From assembly GCA_033762315.1 (NCBI GenBank), contig JANRLS010000270.1:6166-38165 (forward strand): a DNA stretch of 32,000 bases, read 5' to 3'. This document shows, piece by piece, positions 8,039 through 15,677 of the stretch. Below the pieces are notes generated by a model that was given only the letters and a program-made list of their open reading frames with translations, was not told the origin of the DNA and ran no database searches. The position numbers and the translations under genes are program-made. Positions within the stretch are counted from its first letter, which is position 1, and the number at the start of each line of letters is the position of its first letter. The stretch is from Pirellulaceae bacterium. Lineage in GTDB: Bacteria; Planctomycetota; Planctomycetia; Pirellulales; Pirellulaceae.

Positions 8039-9388
8039 TTATCGTCCCCGTCGCCGCGTGGCGACGAGCGCGGGCTCGACGAACCGGGCGATGAGATGCT
8101 CGTTGGCCGCCAGATTGATGAGCATTCGACTGGCGAGGACATTGCCGCGGCCGAGAATGTCGAACCGCTGGCGATGGTCGGCGGCATAGGTGACGAGCGG
8201 CCCGCGCGGCTCCAGTTGCCAGGCGGGATGGCGATAGCCGCGGAGCACGGTGCCGGAATCGACCATCCAGCTGCCGGCGGCGAAAGTCAGCTCGGTCGGT
8301 TCAGGGGGACCGGCTTCGTCCAAGAGGCGGGCGACGGCGGGCAGAAGTCCGGTCATCGGCAAGCGGCGGCCGCAAGGAAGGGCCATTTCGCGGCATAAAT
8401 AGGCGACGCCGCTCCCCTCGGCATAGATGCGTCCGCCGCCAGCGGCAAAGCTGCGGAGCGATTGCTGCAGGCAATGATTGCCGGCAATCGCCTCGGGCCG
8501 GCGCTCGGGATGGCCACAGCCGAAATAGACGACATCGGCATCGTCGGGCAAAGCGCCGCTGCGAAGCGGCGAAAAGTCGCACAGCTCGGCCCCCGATTGC
8601 TCCAGCAGATCGAGCGTATCGGGAAAATAGCCGCAGCAATCTTCGTCGTAGGCCAAGGCGATGCGGAGCGGGCGATGCGGCAGTTCGAGCAACAGGTCGT
8701 CGGCCGGCAGCGGCGGCAGCGGCCAGCGTTCGGCCAGGGCGAGCAGCTTCTCGAGCCGCAGGTTGGGGCGCAAGCGTTTGCCGAGCGCCAGGCACAGTTC
8801 GGGCGAGGGATCGCGCCCCGCCGGCAGCGTTTCGCAGAGGGTGCGCAGCGCGGGGGCTTCGTCGAGCCAGCCGAGCACGGGGACTTTGGCGACCGCCTCC
8901 AACGTGACTTGCCAGCGGGCGGCATGATCGCGGTCGTGGGCGTTATCGAGCAAGATGCCATCCAGCCGGCGAGGTAATCCCGGCAGCTGGCAGGGGCCAA
9001 GTTGCGCGAGATCGACAATCGCGAGCCGCGGCAGATCGAGCCAATCGCACAAGGTATCGAGGCTGCTGCCGGGTGGGGCGTCGATGGCAGTGTTGGCGGG
9101 GGTAGCGAGGTCGAATTCCCCGGTCACGAGGGAGATTTCGGCATGTTCGGACGACCGCAAAATCGTGCGCAGGCAGCTGGAGCGGCTCATTGCCCAACTG
9201 TCGAGATGACGCGTGCCGGAGCCGATGAGCGAGCGCGTCGGGTCGTGCGGGGCGAGCCACGAGCACGATTGCAACAGGGCGGGGGTGCGTTCGGCGGCGT
9301 GCAAGGCCGCGAGCAATCCCCAGACTAGCGGCTCCGTCTGCGTGGCGGGTTGCACGGTTCCCAGCGCCAGTCGCGACAAATGCCTCAT
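8039..9388 (-). CDS. CbiA/CobB (cobyrinic acid a,c-diamide synthase)-like protein with degenerate catalytic motifs
   Basis: ORF 8039..9388. The C-terminal half aligns by eye with the CobB/CobQ-type amidotransferase domain: RIALAYDEDCCGYFPDTLDLLEQSGAELCDFSPL, DVVYFGCGHPE, GGRIYAEGSGVAYL, the LRGYRHPAW position and the LINLAANEHLIARFV ending. The N-terminal half follows the CbiA ATPase layout but lacks the GxGKT P-loop (LALGTVQPATQTEP). Confidence 0.75.
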   Translation of the reverse strand: MRHLSRLALGTVQPATQTEPLVWGLLAALHAAERTPALLQSCSWLAPHDPTRSLIGSGTRHLDSWAMSRSSCLRTILRSSEHAEISLVTGEFDLATPANTAIDAPPGSSLDTLCDWLDLPRLAIVDLAQLGPCQLPGLPRRLDGILLDNAHDRDHAARWQVTLEAVAKVPVLGWLDEAPALRTLCETLPAGRDPSPELCLALGKRLRPNLRLEKLLALAERWPLPPLPADDLLLELPHRPLRIALAYDEDCCGYFPDTLDLLEQSGAELCDFSPLRSGALPDDADVVYFGCGHPERRPEAIAGNHCLQQSLRSFAAGGGRIYAEGSGVAYLCREMALPCGRRLPMTGLLPAVARLLDEAGPPEPTELTFAAGSWMVDSGTVLRGYRHPAWQLEPRGPLVTYAADHRQRFDILGRGNVLASRMLINLAANEHLIARFVEPALVATRRRGR

Positions 9389-9591
9389 GACGCCACCCTG
9401 TCAGCACGCGAATCGCGGGGCGACGGTCGCCACGCCAAGGCGAAGCGTTGCTCGCCCCGTCGCTCGATTGTTCGACTGGACAGCGGCCCGGTCAAGCGGT
9501 TTGCCGCAGCGAGTGAAAACCGGCTCGGCCATCCGAATTTGGCCGCCGAGCGACCGCAATGCCGGAAAATAGCCCGAACAGGGGGTCTTTG

Positions 9592-10779
9592 CTAAGGTTT
9601 CCGACGCTCAAACTCCAGCGGCTCGTCGGCTCGCGGGTCGGCGATGCGAATCGCCACATCCCCGGCGAGCAAATCATCAATCACCTGACCCACGACTTCG
9701 GCCCGCCACCCACGCGCCAAAAGGGGGACCTCGCCGTCGTCAAAGCCCCCCAAATCGAGCCGATAGGCGATCAAATCGCGCACATCCTGCGCCGTGCCGG
9801 TCAGGCTCGCCGCCACTTGGGCCTTGCGGCAGATGCTGCCGAGGGCGGTGCTGAGGAACTGCCCCAGCAGATTGAGCTGCGGCCGCGAGCTCTTGCGCCC
9901 CAGGCGGGGCAATTCTCGGTCGGGCAAGGCGAGGGCGCGGTCGATGGCCTCACTTAGCTTAGGCAAAAACCGCTGCAAATCGCCCCGCTCCATGCCGCGC
10001 AGGGCCCGAATCCGCTTCGGATCGCTCGTTTGCCGCTTGGCGAGCTCAATCAGAAGGTCGTCGCGCAAAATCCGCCGCGGTGGCTGGTCGCGGCGCTGCG
10101 CCTCGCCATCACGCCAGTTCCACAATTCGCGGACAATCGCCAGGCTGCGCGGATTCAGTCCCGCCAGCCCCCCCATCCGCGGCCACCGCTCGCTTGCCTC
10201 CACCTCGGCCAGCTCGCGCTGCCAGGTGGTCAGCTCCTCTTCGAGCCAGCCGAGCCGGCCCAGCTGAGACAAGCGGCGATGCAAGGCATTGCGGATATCG
10301 GTCAAATCGGCGACATCTTGCAAGGCATATTCGAGCTGCCGGGCCGACAAGGGGCGCTTCCGCCAATCGGTGCGGGTCTCGTCTTTCGACAGCGATTTCC
10401 CCAAGAGCCGCCCGGCGAGAGTGCCATACGACGCGGGAAACTCCATCCCAATCAGCCCGGCGGCAATTTGCACGTCGAACCAGCTTTGCGGCCGGCGGCC
10501 GGCATGGCGCAGGCAAAAGCGAAATTCCTCGCGGCCGGCATGAACGAGCGTCTCCCGCCCCGGGCCCGTCAGCAATTCCCACAGCGGGGCCAAATTCTCG
10601 AACGCCAGCGGATCGACAATCGCCAGGTGCTCGCCAGCCGCCAGTTGCACCAGGCAAAGCTCAGGCTGATAGCTGTCTTCGGAGACAAACTCCGTGTCGA
10701 AGGCGACAATCGGCGCGGTGGCGATGGTGTCGCAGAAATCGCGCAGGTGCTGTTCGGACGTGATGTGTTCGTAGCGCAC
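9592..10779 (-). CDS. rnd: Ribonuclease D (DEDD 3'-5' exonuclease plus HRDC)
   Basis: ORF 9592..10914. Exonuclease motifs: VAFDTEFVSEDSYQPELCLVQL, LVHAGREEFRF, YALQDVADL. HRDC-like helical repeats follow. GTG 10779 (VRYEHITSEQHLRDF) gives about 395 aa, similar to known RNase D. The longer 10914 start falls inside a REP-like element, so I prefer 10779; the start remains uncertain. Confidence 0.85.
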   Translation of the reverse strand: MRYEHITSEQHLRDFCDTIATAPIVAFDTEFVSEDSYQPELCLVQLAAGEHLAIVDPLAFENLAPLWELLTGPGRETLVHAGREEFRFCLRHAGRRPQSWFDVQIAAGLIGMEFPASYGTLAGRLLGKSLSKDETRTDWRKRPLSARQLEYALQDVADLTDIRNALHRRLSQLGRLGWLEEELTTWQRELAEVEASERWPRMGGLAGLNPRSLAIVRELWNWRDGEAQRRDQPPRRILRDDLLIELAKRQTSDPKRIRALRGMERGDLQRFLPKLSEAIDRALALPDRELPRLGRKSSRPQLNLLGQFLSTALGSICRKAQVAASLTGTAQDVRDLIAYRLDLGGFDDGEVPLLARGWRAEVVGQVIDDLLAGDVAIRIADPRADEPLEFERRKP

Positions 10780-10913
10780 GAAAAACGCAGGCTGGGGGAC
10801 GCGACCCACGGATGGGAGGCGAGCACCGGCGGGGCAAGGTGGGAAATCTCCGCACCCGCATCGTAGCGGGCCGCCCTTCCCTTGGCCAGCCGCATGGCGC
10901 GACCGGCGATTCA

Positions 10914-10947
10914 CTGGGTTTTGCTGACGCTAAACGCCAGCCAACCA
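10914..10947. repeat. REP-like hairpin element, family 2 (copy B)
   Basis: ctgggttttgctgacgctaaacgccagccaacca. Its reverse complement matches 24519-24552 at 32 of 34 positions. It has an internal stem, gttttgc/gcaaaac type, flanked by gctgg/ccagc. Confidence 0.8.
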
Positions 10948-11105
10948 ATTCTGCAGTCCTCCTGCCCAAACCCGCCTGATTAGGGTGGACGCTAGCGGCC
11001 ACAAACTCGCCGTAATCGGCAAGGTCGGCAAGATCGTTCAAGTCCAAACCGTTTTCTCCCGAATATTTCCAAGACGAATCGATCTCTCGACATGCGAGCC
11101 GCGGC

Positions 11106-14100
11106 ATGATGCCCCCTACCAGCACGCCCAACAATACTGCCGAGCTGCCGCCGTCTCCGGCGGGAGAAGACGAACGACTGCTTTGGCTGATTCACCGGGC
11201 GAGCCATGCCGGCCGCGTGCTGCGGCGACTTCTGGCCGAACGGGCCGCCGAAGTGGGCCTGAGCGACGGCGAGCTGCTGGTCATCTGGCTATGCGAAGCG
11301 GGGGCGGGGCGGGCGCAAGTCGAGCTCGCGGCCGAGATTGGCGTTTCCCCCGCGCAGATGAGCGCCACGGTCGAACGCTTGCGGCAGCGCGAAATGATCG
11401 AGGTGCAGCGCTCGCCGGTCGATCGCCGAAGGCAGGTTTGGAAAGCCGCCCCGGCGGGCAGGCAAGTCCTGGCCACTGTTCGCGCGGGACTAATTTCCCT
11501 GACGAACCGACTCGACGACGAACTTCCCGCCGCCGAGCAAGGCTCGCTGACCACGCTGTGCGTTTCGCTCACCGCGGCGCTGCTGCGGCTGGATGGCGCC
11601 GGGCTCGCCGGCGCGGCGCGGGCCGCCGTGCTACTGGTGTTGGTGGCCGCGATGGCGTTTTCGTCGGGCTGCGCGCGTTCCTGGTATCGCCGCCAGGCCG
11701 ACTGGGATGCCTACAACCTGATTCGCGAAAAGGCGAATCACCCCCACTGGGCCAATGCGAACTACACCATCGCCCTCGACCCGCGCTCGCGCATGTACGA
11801 CCCGTACTGCGCCGATTGCCCCCCGCTGCCGCCGGACGATCCGACCGCGCACCAGTTCATGCACTGCGTCGATCATCACCGGGGGTGGCCCTTCTGGCAC
11901 AACCACGGCGATACGCCGAACGTCGAGAACCCCGCCTGGCCCGCCTACATCGAATTCGACGAGCAGGGGGTGATGATCGTCGGTGCCGACGATGCGGTGC
12001 GCCTCGGCCTCTTGCACTCGCGCAACTATCAGCAAGAGCAGGAAGACCTGTATCTCTCGGCCCTCGACGTCAGCTTCGAGCGGTTCCGCTTTCAGACGCA
12101 GGGCTTTGCCGGCTATCAGACGTTCTTCACCGCCGATGGCAACCTGCGCAATGCCGGGGGGGAATCTTCAAGCATTTTGCAAGCCTCGACCTTCTCAACC
12201 GGCGCGCGGCCGAATGGCTGGTCGCTGCAAAAGCTGACGACGACCGGCGGCTCGATCGTCGTCGGCTTCGCCAATTCGCTCGTCTGGCAATTCTCGGGGC
12301 CCGACAGCTACACCCCCAACACGCTGATCGATTTCACTGTTTTGCAGCCCCTTCTTCGCAATGCCTGCCGCGATCGGGTGCTGGAGCGCCTGACGCGAGC
12401 CGAGCGGCAGTTGCTCTACAATGTCCGCGCGATGGAGCAATATCGCCAAGGGTTCTATGTGAACATCATGACCGGCCGCGACATCGGCCAAGGAGTGCAG
12501 CGGCAAGGTGGCGTCTTCGGAGCGGGGCTCGAAGGCTTCAGCGGCGTCGGCGGCGGCGGCTTTGGCCGGATCACCACCACGGCCGGCGGCGGCGGTTCCG
12601 CGAGCGGCGGCGGCGGAGCCGGAGGCGGCGGCGCGGGGGGCTATATCGGCCTGTTGCAAAATGCCCAGGTCATTCGCAATCAGGAAGACAATGTCGAGCG
12701 GCTGCGGCGCAATCTGGAGCGGCTCGAAGCCTTTCGCGACGAGCTGAAGCTGCGCAAGGACATTACCATCGGCAGCTTCAACAACATCGTGCGGCAAGAG
12801 CTGCAGGTCGCCCAGGCCCGGCAAGCGCTGTTCAATGCCGAAAGCACGCTGCTCAACACGAATAACCAATATCAGCAGACGCTCGATGCCTTCAAAATCA
12901 CCCTCGGCCTGCCGCCACAGCTCTGTTTCCGCGTGCAAGACAAAATGCTCGACGAATTCGAGCTGATCGAGCCACAGTCCGAGGTGCTGCAGCGACAGGT
13001 GGACCAAATCGTGCGCGATTTCGGCGCGGTCCCGCTGCGGATTTCGCAGCATGTTCGCTCGGTCGAGCCCGATCCCAATGCTCCCGCCGCCACCCGCAAC
13101 GCCCTCGATTGGTATCCGGAACTGGAGCAAGACATCGTCGAGCTGAAAAAGCGGCTGCAATCGATTCGCGGCGTGCGCGAGCGGCTGCTGGCCGATTTGC
13201 TGCCGCAACTGGATGGCGACCTGGCCCGTTTGGAAGCCGCCTTGCCCCGCCGCAAGGAGTCGTTGGCCAAGCTCCGCGAGCGGATTGTCGCCTCGCAAAG
13301 CGAGCCATGTCCGCTGCTCCCCGTCACCGACGTGAATGCCGACATCTTTCGCCCGGACCGGCTCGATCAATCGCTGGCCAATGCCCGGTCCGAGGTCGAG
13401 CGGCTCGCCGCCAAAATCAAGGAGCAATACGAGCAGCACATGAGCGAACGGGCCGCCAAGCTCGACGAAATTCTCGCTCAAGGTAAAACGTGGACTCCCG
13501 AAAAGCTCTACCTGGAGCTGTACGACGGGGTGCTCGTGCCCCGCGCGGCGGCCGGCGGCATTCGGGACATTCTCAACGAGATTCCCAGCGATATTCTCGC
13601 CCTGCAACTGGTGCAGGCCCAGGCACGCAGCGAGAGCATCGAGCTGGCCGCCGTTGACATTCGGGCCGAAAAGGCGCTCGACGTGGCCCGCAAATATCGC
13701 CGCGACTGGATGAACGCCCGCGCCGGCCTCGTCGATTCGTGGCGGCTGATCCAGTTCAATGCCGACCAGCTGCAATCGACAGTCAACATTCTCTTCAGCG
13801 GCGACATCAGCAACGTCGGCGACAACCCGTTCAATCTCAACAGCAACACCGGCCGCCTGCGGACCGGCTTTCAGTTCGACGCCCCGATCACCCGCCGCTC
13901 GGAGCGGAATGTCTATCGCCAGGCGCTGATCGAATATCAGCAGGCCCGGCGGAGCTTCTATGCCTTTGAAGATCAGGTGGCCGCCGCGCTGCGGTCCGAA
14001 CTGCGCACCATCTACACCAACCAAATCAACTTCGAGCTGCAACGCCAGGCGGTGCTGATCGCCGCCCAGCAGATCGAATTCAACGGCTATTTGCAGACCG

Positions 14101-14537
14101 AGCAGGAGCAAAGCCAGACCGCCGGCGTCACCGCGGCTCGCGATTCGGTGTCGGCCCTCAGCGACTTGCTGCAAGCCCAAAACAACTTTCTCACGATCTG
14201 GACCAACTACGAATCGCTCCGGCGGGCCCTCGATTTCGACCTGGGCACCCTGCAGCTCGATGGCGAAGGGCTGTGGATCGATCCGGGCAAGATTAGCGAG
14301 GACTATGGCGAATTCGATCCTTGGATTTGGCGCACGGGCGACGGGGTTCTGCCGCTGCCGCAGCCCGACGAAGTGGTCCCCGCCGACTTGCTGCCGCACG
14401 GCCACCACGGCCATGCCGAACCGCTGCCGATGACCGAGCCGCAAGCGATGGAATCGCCCGAGGCCCCACTGACTCCGCAAATCTATGGCGAATTGCCGCT
14501 GCTGCCGACGGTGCCGGCGGGACCAGCCGAGCGATAA
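11106..14537 (+). CDS. Single in-frame ORF: MarR-type winged-helix domain, lipoprotein-like signal/TM segment and TolC-family outer-membrane channel-like protein
   Basis: ORF 11106..14537 has no in-frame stop. Residues ~25-155 are MarR-like (LSDGELLVIWL, VELAAEIGVSPAQMSATVERLRQREMIEVQRSPVDRRRQVW). Residues ~172-189, RAAVLLVLVAAMAFSSGC, form a lipobox-like segment (Cys codon 11670-11672). The remainder has two OEP/TolC-like halves (VGADDAVRLGLLHSRNYQQEQEDLYLSALDVSFERFRF and ALDVARKYRRDWMNARAGLVDSWRLIQFNADQL). Possible internal starts are GTG 11628 and CTG 11589. Confidence 0.8.
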   Translation: MMPPTSTPNNTAELPPSPAGEDERLLWLIHRASHAGRVLRRLLAERAAEVGLSDGELLVIWLCEAGAGRAQVELAAEIGVSPAQMSATVERLRQREMIEVQRSPVDRRRQVWKAAPAGRQVLATVRAGLISLTNRLDDELPAAEQGSLTTLCVSLTAALLRLDGAGLAGAARAAVLLVLVAAMAFSSGCARSWYRRQADWDAYNLIREKANHPHWANANYTIALDPRSRMYDPYCADCPPLPPDDPTAHQFMHCVDHHRGWPFWHNHGDTPNVENPAWPAYIEFDEQGVMIVGADDAVRLGLLHSRNYQQEQEDLYLSALDVSFERFRFQTQGFAGYQTFFTADGNLRNAGGESSSILQASTFSTGARPNGWSLQKLTTTGGSIVVGFANSLVWQFSGPDSYTPNTLIDFTVLQPLLRNACRDRVLERLTRAERQLLYNVRAMEQYRQGFYVNIMTGRDIGQGVQRQGGVFGAGLEGFSGVGGGGFGRITTTAGGGGSASGGGGAGGGGAGGYIGLLQNAQVIRNQEDNVERLRRNLERLEAFRDELKLRKDITIGSFNNIVRQELQVAQARQALFNAESTLLNTNNQYQQTLDAFKITLGLPPQLCFRVQDKMLDEFELIEPQSEVLQRQVDQIVRDFGAVPLRISQHVRSVEPDPNAPAATRNALDWYPELEQDIVELKKRLQSIRGVRERLLADLLPQLDGDLARLEAALPRRKESLAKLRERIVASQSEPCPLLPVTDVNADIFRPDRLDQSLANARSEVERLAAKIKEQYEQHMSERAAKLDEILAQGKTWTPEKLYLELYDGVLVPRAAAGGIRDILNEIPSDILALQLVQAQARSESIELAAVDIRAEKALDVARKYRRDWMNARAGLVDSWRLIQFNADQLQSTVNILFSGDISNVGDNPFNLNSNTGRLRTGFQFDAPITRRSERNVYRQALIEYQQARRSFYAFEDQVAAALRSELRTIYTNQINFELQRQAVLIAAQQIEFNGYLQTEQEQSQTAGVTAARDSVSALSDLLQAQNNFLTIWTNYESLRRALDFDLGTLQLDGEGLWIDPGKISEDYGEFDPWIWRTGDGVLPLPQPDEVVPADLLPHGHHGHAEPLPMTEPQAMESPEAPLTPQIYGELPLLPTVPAGPAER
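12543..12641 (+). repeat. GGC-rich low-complexity tract encoding a poly-Gly insert inside the TolC-like region
   Basis: Encodes GVGGGGFGRITTTAGGGGSASGGGGAGGGGAGG. It contains runs of ggcggcggcggc at about 12546-12560, 12584-12595 and 12606-12616. Confidence 0.8.
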
Positions 14538-14597
14538 GGGGGATCAGCGGCGGCGAGGCCGATTTCGTCCGCTGGCCGGGCGTGGTATTCTGGCACC

Positions 14598-15017
14598 ATG
14601 TTTTACGGCTTCATCAAGCATCTTTCCGAGCGTGGGTTTGGGTTCATTGGCCAAGAAGGGGGGCTGGATGTCTATTTTCATGCCTCGATCATGCCCCCGG
14701 AGCAATTCGCGAACCTGCGCCCCGATCAGCCGGTGATGTTTGAATATGCGAAGCGCGATCCGGACGAAAAGCCCGGCGAGAAGCGCGGGCCCCGGGCGGC
14801 GAAGGTGCAGCTCATCGACAAGATGCCCGGCGGCGTGTTGCCTCCGCCCCCGCGGCAAATGCTCGCCCAACGGCATCCCAAGGCAATCGGCCGCAAGGCA
14901 ACCTGGAAGCGGCGAATCAGCGTCCCCGCGCTCGAAAAACAGTCCCCGCCCCAACCTGGCAACACCAAGTCTGGCGACACTGAGCTTGGTTCCGCCGAAT
15001 CCTCTCCCGCCGAATAA
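14598..15017 (+). CDS. Cold-shock domain protein with a long C-terminal Pro/basic tail
   Basis: ORF 14598..15017. CSD RNP motifs are RGFGFI and DVYFHAS in the first ~70 aa. A tail of about 70 aa follows (PGGVLPPPPRQMLAQRHPKAIGRKATWKRRIS...). Confidence 0.9.
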   Translation: MFYGFIKHLSERGFGFIGQEGGLDVYFHASIMPPEQFANLRPDQPVMFEYAKRDPDEKPGEKRGPRAAKVQLIDKMPGGVLPPPPRQMLAQRHPKAIGRKATWKRRISVPALEKQSPPQPGNTKSGDTELGSAESSPAE

Positions 15018-15031
15018 CACGGAGCAACCCC

Positions 15032-15673
15032 TTGGCCCACTGCCGCTTGTCGCTTGCGCTGGGGATATTCGCCAGTTGGCTGCTGGTAGCGTTGTGCGCC
15101 TTGCCCGCGCTTTCAGCCGCCGAGCCGCAACTGCTCGGCCGGACACGCGACCAATGGCTGGCGGACCTCGATCCCAATGTCGATCGCCGGAAGCGAACCC
15201 TCGCCGCCTGGGCTTTGTCCGAAATGGCGGTCCAGCAGGCCGAGGGACCCGATAAGCTGATCTGGCTCAACGAGTTGCTCCTCTTGTGCGAGGATGAAAG
15301 CGGCACGATTCGCTATTGGGCGCTGGCCGGCGTGCGGCGATTCGCCCTCAAGCTCCCCGCCGACCATGCCGGCCGGGCGACGGCGGTGACTCTCTTTTCC
15401 GATGCCCTCATCGACTCGTCAGTGGCCTGCCGGATCGTCGCGGCCGAAGGGCTGACGGTGCTGGGCGCGGCCGATAAGGGGCTGCCGGTGCTCGTTGGCA
15501 CGCTCGCCAATCCCCAAGAGGCAGCCCGCATCCAGGCGGTCAGCGCCCTCGAAAGACTGGGGGACACCGCCCAGCCCGCCGAACAAGCCCTGCAAGCGGC
15601 GACCAAAGACAGTAGCGAATATGTCAAACGCATCTCCAGCCGCGCGCTGGAAAAGCTGCAACCCCCGCGGTGA
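15032..15673 (+). CDS. Secreted HEAT-repeat protein
   Basis: ORF 15032..15673. TTG start with GGAG 7 nt upstream (15021-15024). Signal peptide LALGIFASWLLVALCALPALSAAEP. Repeated HEAT/PBS-lyase-like units: RTLAAWALSEM, IRYWALAGVRRF, VACRIVAAEGLTVLG, ARIQAVSALERLGD, YVKRISSRALEKL. Confidence 0.7.
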   Translation: MAHCRLSLALGIFASWLLVALCALPALSAAEPQLLGRTRDQWLADLDPNVDRRKRTLAAWALSEMAVQQAEGPDKLIWLNELLLLCEDESGTIRYWALAGVRRFALKLPADHAGRATAVTLFSDALIDSSVACRIVAAEGLTVLGAADKGLPVLVGTLANPQEAARIQAVSALERLGDTAQPAEQALQAATKDSSEYVKRISSRALEKLQPPR

Positions 15674-15677
15674 ATTC

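Noticed and set aside
10985-12865. 626-aa ORF in an alternative plus frame over the MarR/TolC region
   Set aside because: The translation is extremely Arg/Ala/Gly-rich with no motifs, and the 11106 frame contains both MarR and OEP signatures.
12195-14480. 761-aa ORF antisense to the TolC-like gene
   Set aside because: This is the typical stop-free antisense frame of a GC-rich gene. The translation is Arg/Gly/Ala/Pro-rich low-complexity with no motifs, whereas the sense frame has clear family motifs.
14591-14608. Sigma-54-like element tggcac-N5-tttac
   Set aside because: It overlaps the cold-shock gene start codon (ATG 14598), so it cannot serve as that gene's promoter. The -12 element also deviates from ttgc.
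15495-15677. N-terminal extensions suggested by the ORF track (15495 for the protease; likewise 382, 890, 19882, 26045, 26884 and 29493 for other genes)
   Set aside because: The extensions overlap upstream genes or repeats. They have non-gene-like composition and remove otherwise perfect signal peptides or canonical N-termini, so I preferred the internal starts.
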